From assembly GCA_002633005.1 (NCBI GenBank), contig NMRA01000084.1:775267-839266 (forward strand): 64,000 bases of DNA, given 5' to 3'. The stretch's first letter is position 1. The number at the start of each line of letters is the position of its first letter. This stretch comes from Phoronis australis (taxonomy: Eukaryota > Animalia > Phoronida). The notes beneath the pieces are model-generated. The model had not been told where the DNA came from and did not search any database. It saw only the letters and a program-made list of their open reading frames with translations. Below are positions 10,341 through 21,112 of the stretch, piece by piece. A program made the translations under genes and the position numbers.

Positions 10341-13300
10341 TTGGGAGGCGACAGACTGGGTGTGTAGATCACCAAGTTGGCCGTTTTTCTGCCTGGATTC
10401 TTTATGAGGAGAATTTCGCGGAGAAAGTTGATAAATAGCTGCAGAGGGCCGCCTGGCTTATTTTGAAGATAACGTCTTATTTGCCTGTTGAAGCCTGTTG
10501 GCGTTTCGTGCATAACCTTTTTCAGGTTTTGTATCCATGTGTGGACTTCTCCGTTCGTTCGCTGTTATTATATTGGTAGAACTTTCGCTAACAGTTTTTT
10601 AGATTCCACTAATGTTATATGTCACAGCATGGAATCCCAGCTACTAACTTAACTGGGCTATTGGTTCCCCATTGTATATATTCACTGTTGTCACGTCCTT
10701 GTGTTTTCGCTTCGATTGCTTTTAGCAGTCACCTGAAGCACTTTTGTCCCGAGTCGCCGAAAACGTGCTGAAGTGAGGTGACGATTGATGGATTGAAGGC
10801 ATTCTGCTCTAGTTTTGATCTCCGTGTAGATATTAATCGGGTCACTTTGGTCCATCTGTTGCTTAGTTCTCTCGTTTTCCCAGAACTGTTGATTTTCAGC
10901 GTCTTGGTAATATTCATTAATTTATTCATTCCTGCCTAGCAAAGTGCACATAGTTAAGTAGATTAATTACTGTTACTTAAGCCAACTCTGTAAACGTTTT
11001 TAAGCAAACGCTGTTGCCTATTGACTTTGGTATATTTTTAATTGACAGCAAATATGTTGTAAACGAAATGTAGCATTTTATTTTGTAAGATCCTAAATGC
11101 GACTGGGTAATATTTTCGTTAGAACGTCGTCTAGTAAGCATTTATTTTGTGCAAACTGGAGAGCGTTCCGTAGACCTCGTTTCTTGAGTATTTCGCGAGT
11201 GTGCTCAAGAGCTTACGAGTCTGCCCTGCAAAATAGCGATCACTGAAGTGATTGGTCGATGAAGTTGAAGTGCTGATTACTGCTCTGAATTCAGTGATCG
11301 TTTAGTGAGGATTTTTCGCCGTGGGTGCAAGCTGATTACATGGGTCTGCGGAACTCAGCCGTGCAGAGGTTACGACTTGCTGTTACTGTCTTGTATGATG
11401 AGGTGTTGATTTTAGATGTACGTGACATCACTTCATACTGGTTAACCGCTGTGTTTCACATGCTGTTGCAACGTTTTTACCGTTGCTGTGGGTGTTATAC
11501 TGCCGCGCAAAACTCCCACCTTGGAAAGTTACCAAAACGTATTTCCTCATACGGGGCTTGGAATTTTCCTCTTTTGAGAGTATTTCCTCATTTTTGGTTT
11601 CAGTTTCCTCTTATTTGATTTCCAGTTTTCTCTCGATCGTCTCTTGTTATCATTATTTTGACTTTATTCGTTCAGAAACGGTTTTTTTTTTTTCATTAAA
11701 ATTTTACAACACAAAAATTATTTCTATCACACAAGCTATTTATTTGTGGTAACCATACATCACCTAGAAAATTTTATCTTTTTGTTATCGGTCGTTCCAA
11801 TCCCTGCTCATGTTTCGTTCAAAACGGTCACGTGTATTTAAACACAACATGGACAATATTCTTCAACCCAAGATAATCTGAACACGGAGACCATTTTGCC
11901 GAAATTACCTCTGACACAAGAGGTTAGTAAAGAAGCTGGTCACGTGGCTTGTAGGAAGTTTACGTCGTGGATGTTGTGGTAGCTATTATGCTGGATGAGG
12001 GCAAGTGCTTAAAATGCAAAACATTGTTTGCTCTTTGCAACATATTGCTATAGAAATTCTGGAAATCGTATTCGTAAGGGTATTTCTTCTGTGTTCAAAT
12101 TACAACCACGCTACTCCAGAGAAATAGACGTTAATTAGTGGGTACTTGCTTGGTATTTGGTACCGCCTGCCGTTGCAGGGGAAGCGAATTTTTCAGAACG
12201 TCTTTCTGTTGGTCCTGGTCTGGTTTCGAACTCCACTTAATGCCAGTCTATGCCCTGTAATTTGTCGAGTAAAGCTGTTTTACTATGGCAGCACGTGGTT
12301 TACTTCGCCCGGTCAACTGGCTAAGACATCGGGTTGGCTTGTAAGTCAGACGTCTACATCGAGAACCAATCAATCAAATGAGTTAACTGATTGACCCGGT
12401 GTTGCCCGTCGCACTCGTTCGAATTGATTGATCGTCGCTTATCGACATTTTCAAAAGCGTGGTCTTGTACTGACATCTCGAGTCCGTGAGGGTTACTTCG
12501 TAAAATGTTACTTTCCCAATAAATCATTACCTTCGACATATTGAGAAATGTCCAAAAGCTTTCCCCCATGGTAGGTTCTGAAAGCTTTTGAGAATGTCGA
12601 TTCTTTTGCATATCCTTTAGTATAATGCGGTTATACATGTATGTAAGTTTTTAAGGAAATAAAACACATTTTGTAGTTAAGGAACTTTTGGATTTCAATT
12701 GCGTAAAGATTACATGCTTGAATAAAGAGTATGTTTATTTTTGCCGGTAAATATGCTCAAACTCTGTACTCCACCACTTCCTTTCTGACCACCTATCCGT
12801 CGTAAATTTTGGAACCCCGGTGGCCACCAGGCTCCCGTCCCCGGCTGACATTCCTATTTATTGAGGTCATTGGTCTCCCGCCACCTGCGGCTCTACTTCA
12901 GAGCGGCAGTGAAATCTCTTGCATCTACCTAAAAAGCATTGTTATTTAGCAGTCAAACAAAGTCACCATTATTATGTGGTGTTTGGGTGGCCGGTTCTCG
13001 AATTAATGTGCTTTGTTGTTATTTTTTTTATTTTACTACATTTATTTTCCTACAAATTATAATCAGTGAAGCCTCCAGCTACATACAATTTGAATAGTAA
13101 TCGATTAATAACACAAAATTACATATTACTAACAATGTAGTGGAATTAGAGCATGATTTTGTTTTGGAGAGGAATGGAAAGGAGGGGTCGATACTTACAC
13201 TCTCATTTGCAATCGCGCTATCTGGGATTGCCCGTCGACGTTACTATTTGCGTTTTCATCCATTTGTCTACGTAAACGTGTTTGTAGTTTATATTTGCTC

Positions 13301-13722
13301 ATCATGGTCAGAAAACAATCAAACGTTTTCCATGGCCTTGTTATTGACATTGTTTAGTATCATTTTTAAATATAGTTTAATACCTGTTTGTTATAATCAT
13401 GGAACACATTATTCCACGATGTAGTTCATCCGTGTGAACGATTGTGGGTGCACAACGTTGAATTTATTGAAACGCCTCGCGTTCAATCCCATCCGTGTAT
13501 ATCCGTTCGGGTCATTTTGGCATGATATTTCGTGCCAGTGGTGACAAGTAAAAAATTCAGTTCTATCACTCTGAGTGACGTTGCGCTAATAATAATTACA
13601 AGGCGTGTTGTAGCGTAAGTTTCATTTAGTTAAAATAACTGATGTGTTGTCAATGTTTTTCGCTTGTTGCATTGGAGAGGTCGTGCCGTTTGTGTGATCA
13701 TGTCCCTCTCGCTGTTTTGTAG

Positions 13723-14075
13723 GGACGCCGACTAAAAAAATGAATTCTGGCGCTCCCAGGGTGGTTACCGGCGGGACATGCACACAGTGCGACAAGTATT
13801 TCTCCAGTCTCGAGGAGATGACGTGGCATGTGCAGTCGGAGCACGTAGTTGCCGTGGAGGCAGGGTCAATGTTTATGTGTACCACGTGCCAAAAATCGTT
13901 TTCGTCTAAATTCCAGTTGAAGCGACATCAGTTGTGTCACGTGGACAAGTGTTATAGTCCGTTTCATTGTCGCGTATGTCAAAAGAGGTTTGTGCGAAAG
14001 TACGACGCCAAAAGGCACGAAGCTACGTGTAAAAAGGGAAACACCTTGGAGGCACAGTTCGACCTTCGCATGTGA
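13723..14075 (+). CDS. Zinc-finger terminal exon ZF-E9
   Basis: Acceptor ...ctctcgctgttttgtAG|13723, phase 1. TCTQCDKYFSSLEEMTWHVQSEH...FMCTTCQKSFSSKFQLKRHQLCH-VDKCYSP-FHCRVCQKRFVRKYDAKRHEATC; stop TGA 14073-14075; AATAAA at 14213. Confidence 0.88.
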
Positions 14076-14956
14076 TGATTTTGGCTGCGGTTTTCCCTGA
14101 GCGTTAACAATTCGTTCTTTTGTTCTCAGCTTCTGAAATTGTCTTTGGAACGTCGAACGTCTTCGGTCGTCACTATCTCTTCATCTGCTTCACCGATTCG
14201 TTCCCCATCGCCAATAAATCTCACCATAGAAGACGTAGCTTAATTCAGTTAATAGAAATAACAGGATATTGATAGGTCAAGCGGGCCTGTGGGCGCGGCC
14301 CTTGCCTGCCGGTCGCTGATTGCGGGCGCATTCTTTTGCTCTTCTTGAATACAGACATGCGAGGAGACCTTAGTTGTAAACATTTTTAATGCGTTAGTGG
14401 CGCTTTTGATCGACTATCTTTCTCGTTTGTACCACAGTTCTTTGTATTTTTCCTGTATGTTTTGTATCTTTCCATTATTATATCTCCTATTCATGGTCGT
14501 AATATAAGAGCTTTTATCGCCTGCCTGCGTCTTGTTTTAAGGTAGTTTCGTGTACCCATTTGGACTCTGTTTTTTCATCACGCGTGAGTCAGACGTATAC
14601 TTGTTTTTTTCTTATCGCCTTATGTGAATCTAGCCTGGCACTTTTGTTCACTCATCTTGTAATCTATATCACATTTTTATATTTTCCTGTCCATTTTTGT
14701 ATTTTTCTGTTGTCGCTTTCGACTGCGTCTTGTTTTAAGAAGATTCGTAACTCGTGGACCCGCCTGGCTTTCGTGTTTTTCAGTCACACGCGCGAGTCCT
14801 TCGATCATAAATGTAACTTTGTGGCGTTGTGAGAGCAGAAAAACGTTTTTCGCTTGACCCTATGTGTATTTCTGGTGTGCAATGAGACCGGCGGAGTTGG
14901 CTGAGCCAAAACGCAATTTCTTTCATGTACGGAAATTTTGAAACATTGTATGAATC

Positions 14957-15264
14957 CATGCGCGCACCCAAGGGGGGAGCTCGGGGGCTCGAACGAATCC
15001 ATGTGCGCACCCAAGGGGGGAGCTCGGGGGGCTCGAACGACCCCCCCCCCCGCCCATTTGGCGAAGTGGACAAAAAGATCCGCCTAAGAGAAACAAAAAG
15101 TCCGAGAAAACGAGACAAAAAGTCCTCTGAAAAGGCGCAAACGCACAATTTACAGCTCTGTACGTGGTATCCCGTTTTTTTAGTCGTTCGGCTTTTTTGT
15201 CGACAAAAGGTCCATGTCGTCGGAAATTCGAGTCCCACCATATTAAAGGCTGCGTGTGCGCATG
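14957..15264. mobile_element. Non-autonomous hAT-like MITE with duplicated left end and 5-bp TSD (GAATC)
   Basis: Left end CATGYGCGCACCCAAGGGGGG... occurs twice (14957, 15000), each preceded by GAATC; right end ...CTGCGTGTGCGCATG (15264) is followed by GAATC. Confidence 0.65.
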
Positions 15265-15846
15265 GAATCGTTTAAATATCACATCACACAGCAGTGCATA
15301 TTTGATGGTGTGATCGTCACTCAGAATTTGTATAAAATCGCTGGGAAATATTCTTCTACATTAACTCTAAACAAGACTGCAGAACACTCAGTATCCACCA
15401 GGGACTACAGGCACTGTCGCCGTCTTACGACAAGAGCTACTGCATCACGGACTGGAGTATTTCTGTTCACGTCCGGATGTAGTATTTTTCCAAGAGAATG
15501 AACTCTATACGGAATAACCCTGTCCTGAGAACAAGTCAGCCTCGTACCAAGCCTTAAGATGGTGTTGATCCGTTTAGCCATTTGGCTGGTACCATTATCT
15601 TGAGGCTTGGGGACGAGGCAGGTTCACCAGTTTCCTTAGAAATCACGGTGTCGAGTTCGATTCCGCTGCATTCTGGCGAACTTCACGTTACTTTATTTGT
15701 TAGGCACCTTCACGCTATGACGAAGTGGTTCAGCACAATATACTGGCGTTCTTTTTTACTTTGTTCGCTGGAGTTCGCTTAACCCCTCTGAATTTGTTGT
15801 CATTAGTTGTCAGCTCAGATTTCCTGGGAATTTCGAGCGCGTGTAT

Positions 15847-15999
15847 CAGTGGCGGATTTAGAGGGGGCCATGCCCCCCCTAAAATTCTCCGAGATTCCAT
15901 TTGGCAATTCGGGGGTGTGAATGTCTGACGGGCAATATCTTGGCTAATACTCTGCCCTGCCCCCCCCCCGCCCAACTTAAAATCCTGGATCCGCCCCTG
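15847..15999. mobile_element. hAT-like MITE, copy 1 (CAGTGGCGGAT...ATCCGCCCCTG)
   Basis: Short TIRs, G/C runs, and an internal sequence (ctaaaattctcc.agattccatttggca...gacgggcaa) shared with 27843-27985. Confidence 0.7.
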
Positions 16000-18362
16000 T
16001 GTCGGGTTTTAAAATTTTTACTTTCGTTGTCGTGTGGCAGCGCTTAACATATATTTTCAAGTTGCGGGCGATGGTGAGGCGAAAATGGTAATCACTTGGT
16101 CAAGGGCTTTACAGCTAGCAGGTGGCGCTGCTCGTACCGATGGGACTGGGACAATGACTTTGTTTGTGATTGCGTGGCTTTCAGAGAGTATCTAATCGTT
16201 TTTGTGAATAAGCTGACAATAATTCGTTATAGACGTCAATCTTAATTGTCTACATTGGTTGGAAGTCGCACATTTTCTTCGGCGGCTTGGTCGTTGGTGC
16301 GGAAATTCATTCTTTTTGTCACACATGTTGTGGAAGTTAGAAGTAGAACTTGTAGCCAATTGTTTAAAGTGTACATGTATATCGTTACAATCAATCGTGT
16401 TAGTAGGCTAAATGCCACGTCACCGGGATTGGGCGCCTGTACAGAAACGTCTCAGTGACAAATTACCGGTGAGCGAAAATGCAGTGTATTAAAAATGAAC
16501 ACCAACGGAGGATTATTTCTACTATTGACAAGCTGTAACATTGATAGCAATTTAATATCAGCGAGAAAGACTGAAGTCTGAAGACTTTATCTTTGTTTGG
16601 TTTTCATAGTTGTATGCTCCGTACAAAAAGTGGTCCGGCAAATCACAGCCTCGGCATCATAGCTCTGTAACTCAGTATTCAGCCCAGCAATATGAGAATA
16701 TTCAGCGAGCTGTAAAGCACCACGTGACTTTTTATTCTGTGCAGTGCCACCTATTAGCGGCAATGTCCTTGGTCAGAGTACGTATGGATTTGTCTTCGTC
16801 TTGCTCCTTGGTCTAGTGGGCCCTTGTCTGATCTGACAGTGCTAACGTTGTCAAGAAGAAAACGGACGTTGTTCACTTTCTTTTGGTGAGGTCCGTTTAT
16901 TCTAGCTGGTTTGTTTTGTTCAGAATTTCTGTCAAGTAGCCTAAACGCTCTATTGTTATGAAATTGAAACAGGTTTTGAATCTTTATTTCAACTCTCAAA
17001 TGAAAACTTCACGAATTGGCCGAGTCAGATGTTTTGACTAGGGTTTTTTTGTATTGGAAAGAAACTTACCAAGACGCAAAGTACCCATCGGTCGGGGCTG
17101 GATTTTTTCAGATGGCATGGTTCACTGGTACGGCCGCCACCCCATTCTTCGCTAGTGACATCTGCGGAAATATACTGACAACGTTTTTGATTTTTTCTGT
17201 ACCGATAACTTTTGAGATTTTTTAATTAAAAGCAGTTTGGCAAGAGAACACCATAACACCATGAGATGGGTTATTCAAAAATTGGAATGCGAATGCCTAT
17301 TTGATGGCTATAGAACGATTCACCTACTCTGTGTTATTCTTTTTTGTTAATTGCTTATTCGTTATTCAAATTTTAACAGTTTCACTTTTTCCTGGCATTA
17401 GCTATTACTTAGCTTCCTGTGACATTTGGAAAACGATTTGCAGTTCAAATAATTCATTTTCTTGGGTGACTTTTGAAGCTTTTCTCATTAATAACAATTG
17501 GTAATCGATTGAGTAGTGTTCACTGAGCAGTGGGCTCCGTCCGTCAAATTGAGGTTCTGGTCACGTCACTACTTGTCATGTTTCCCTTATTGAGAGTCTA
17601 GCGTTGTTAATACAGCGTAATTCTGTAGACCTCACTTAAGATTGTTTGAATATATTTCCCTAAAAACTGCACATGCACTGTTGTTGTGCAAAGGACTGTG
17701 ATTTTTTACCCGTATCTCAAATTTACTCTGCCATGGAACCTGAAAAGACTCAGCTGTTCGCTCCCGGCAAAACCCCTGATAAGGTACTATGTTAGTTCTA
17801 AAGAACATTAGATTCGTGGCTGAAGACATCTGTGTTCTTCGTTTCCTTTCTCTACATTGTTCACCATTCTTAAGTCAATGTGTATGTGTAATAGACCCAG
17901 CTACATGTAAGCACCGTAATTTTTTCGCACGTCATCTGGAACAATTGGAAGTTTAAAGCTTTGAACCTGATGTAGACCCGCACTTTGTATAAAAATGTCT
18001 TGATTTAGACCACTCGCGGTATTTAAACTGGTCTTGAAGTTTTTCTAACATATTAGGAGAGATTTCAAGTCCTGGGAAAAACCTTATTCCTCGTTAGCTC
18101 CACCTGGCGGGTTGTTTTATGCTCCTGATATGGTCACAAGCAACAACTGTTCTTTCCATGCATTCTCAGAAATTCTGTCGTTCTGTAATCTGAGCAAGGA
18201 ACGAGCTGAATGCCCAACATCAGAAGTTAGCATTTTGGGTTAAAGGTTGGTTTATAGTAGGATTCATATGACCCTTGACTTTCAGTAAAATTTTGCAGTC
18301 ACCCTTTGTACTGTTGTGCCGCCGTTGGTGTTTTGTCTTCTCACCGTTTTGTTCACTTACAG

Positions 18363-18703
18363 TTAACCCGTTAGCGAACGTCGATCTGTCGTCACTGAAG
18401 TGCCCCGAGTGTTCGAAGACGTTTGACTCCCGGGACAAACTGGTGTGGCACATGCAGAGCCACGCTGTGGACAAAACGAGTCAGGAAGTGAAACAGTTCG
18501 TCTGCTTCATTTGCACCAAATCGTTTGGAACCAAAAGTCATCTCAAGCAACACCAAGTGTGTCATATGGATAAAAGTCTAAGCCCTTTCCAGTGTAAAGC
18601 TTGTGGCAAGAAATTTTCTCGCAAGCAGCACTGGCAGATGCACGAAGCCAAGTGTTTGAACAACGCCATAGCAATGTTCCAGGCTAGCAAGAACAATCAC
18701 TGA
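18363..18703 (+). CDS. Zinc-finger terminal exon ZF-E10 (last of the array)
   Basis: Long pyrimidine tract, acceptor ...gttcacttacAG|18363, phase 1. KCPECSKTFDSRDKLVWHMQSH...FVCFICTKSFGTKSHLKQHQVCH-MDKSLSP-FQCKACGKKFSRKQHWQMHEAKC; stop TGA 18701-18703. Confidence 0.88.
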
Positions 18704-19808
18704 CATAACTGCAAATTTTGAAAGGGGCTTATGGCATTGGCTATTTTTGTTTATCATTGTTATCCAAAATACAGGGCGCATTTACAATAGCGCCCACTAG
18801 TCGACTTTCAAAGCAATATTTGCATATATTTTCAAGACATGAAACTGATGATATACTAGTCAGTGAGCCCTGAGCAGTAGGAGAAAATTTTGTGAGTACA
18901 TGTATTTTCTGTTTTACCTGACAGTTTGCTTTCTTGCTGCCTAAACAGAGTCACCTTAGACAAACATATTAAGATTTGCACTGTAAAGCTACCTCTAGTT
19001 AAATCAATTATTGAAATCCTTTTGAAAACGGATTAATTTTGGCACACTATGTCAGTTTTTTTACTTTATTGGCTTTGATTGTTTGCCCTATTAACTGAAT
19101 TTCTTAGGTCAGCCGATCTATTTTTCTATTTTTGTCTTTAACTGCTGCTAATCTGTAAAACAAAGTGAGTGTCACCGCCTTATTTCTTCCGTTATGGTCG
19201 CCTAACCAGAGGCGCCGCAAAGATGTTGAATTTACATGAGTAGTGTAAAACTTTTTCTAATTAAATCATTGGTTGATCTCGTTTTGAAAAAGGCTTAATT
19301 TTGTCGCACGGCGTCAGTTTTATGATTATATCTTTTGAATTATTTTCCTGTCCACTGGTTTTCTTACGTCCACGGAGTTGATTACCTCAAATTTTAGTGT
19401 TTAATTGGTTTTTATACAAAAAGTACACCGTTGATTTTTAATGCTTTTTTGTGATGCTACTGGTGTTTCCGGTGGAATGAGAAAAAGTACTTTCACTATT
19501 TTAGTTTTTGATTTTTATAGCTCAATCAGTGTCACATATGAAGGTTCCGTTTGATTTTCTCGAAATCGCGCCAAGTTCAAGACTACGATTACCAACCTGC
19601 ATTTCACTACATAGAAATTGCGTTGTATTGTTAGGATTGTGATGCAAAAAAACAGACTACATATTTACATAATAGTTTGTGACCTTTGTTTAGTTACTCG
19701 GTGAAGAAAACGGGGTACTTGTTGATTTATTGTTGTAGGTAATGTGTATGTACACTGTATTGTAGTAATATTGTTTCATGTGACATATAGATATTCACGA
19801 TAGTGTGA

Positions 19809-19814
19809 AATAAA
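19809..19814 (+). terminator. Candidate distal polyadenylation signal of the zinc-finger locus
   Basis: AATAAA at the end of a ~1.1-kb T-rich stretch after the ZF-E10 stop. Other AATAAA seen at 3401, 3432, 12518, 12658, 12721 and 14213. Confidence 0.45.
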
Positions 19815-21112
19815 AAATGAATTTAAAAAAGGCGTTAAGAAAAAACTAAAGCGAGAAGTGCTTTCCTTGATAAAGTCAGATTTGCCGTTTTAGCGCGAAT
19901 GATGTCACATATGTCTATGTGTTTAGGCCTTTTTTATATGTAGCACTGTCGCGTTGAGATGTTTGATGCCGCGTGTTATAATAAGAAAATTCAGCGCAGA
20001 GTTAACATTTTCGGAATTATGAAATATTTTATTTGAAATGAAAGTAATGTTCAGATGTTTTGCATGCTTTGCGGCATTTTTGGCTAACTGTGCCGAACGT
20101 CCTCAAAGGTACATTATCGGCGAGAAAGTAAATGCTTTCTCAAGTGACCTATCTCCTCAGATAGAGCCCATCTCTTTGCCGTTTAGCTAAAACCCTTTCG
20201 TTAGTGGCCGAACATTGCCTTGTTTAATACAGGCATTGATTTCAGCAAATGCCTGACAAAGAACGGCGAGAATTGGTGATTTGGCATGACATCGCAACAC
20301 ACAACGATTTTGTTTTTTATATTATACCTCTGATCATAACTATTACTAAGAACTTAAAGATTTCTATCTCATCCAATGGTATTTTCAAAAATATGTTTTT
20401 CGACCTTAAGACCGCTAATGTCACTCCAAGTATGCAGTCGTACATGTATAGGCGTGTCTGGACTTTGCTAATGCCGTTTGTGGTGCATGTGACCTGGATT
20501 TGCCCGAATTTTATCAACCTGTGCCGAAATGCTCCGAACTTCGATTTCTTAAAGCGAGAGATCAAAATTAGTGGCAAAAGTGTGCTTTATATGAATACTA
20601 TATGAAGACGTATTATTTACAATACAGTTCAGTTCAAAATTGTACATCAACAAAAAGAATGTTTTTAAAATACCACACAGTGTAAAATGACATGTCACGA
20701 TAGCAACGTCTCTAAAAATGCTGAATATTGTGCTGCCTCTTCGTCATACCAACATTTTAGTCCGAGCGTATTACTGAAAAGGCAGACATCAGTCTATGTG
20801 TATTCAATATTTTCAGTGTAATTTTATTGAGATAAAGATATGTATCGTTTGCACGAGTTTTTCATTTCCAATACCTTGGTAACTTAAAGAAACTTCGTCC
20901 TTTGTAGTTTTGTTCTGAACTTGGACAGGAATTACCCGTAGCGACAACAAAAACTACCGGTTGGCTGAACCTTCGCATGATCTTTTTACGAAGGTGCGTA
21001 GCTGTAGCTGTACACAGAGGGCGCTAGTGCAGGCGCTTGGTAGAGAAATCAAATATTCTTTGACAGCAGACGACTACTGCATTGTTGCCCGTGCAGGCTG
21101 TTCATCTACTAT

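Noticed and set aside
2044-18703. Ten independent single-exon zinc-finger genes, or an SL trans-spliced operon
   Set aside because: Most segments lack an ATG before finger 1 (many ORF-track starts are GTG/TTG or lie in intron-like sequence), and the uniform phase-1 acceptors point to a shared coding 5' exon. Not formally excluded without transcripts.
2044-18703. One long 30-finger protein spliced from all segments
   Set aside because: Every segment runs to its own stop after a variable tail, and there is no conserved donor site after finger 3.
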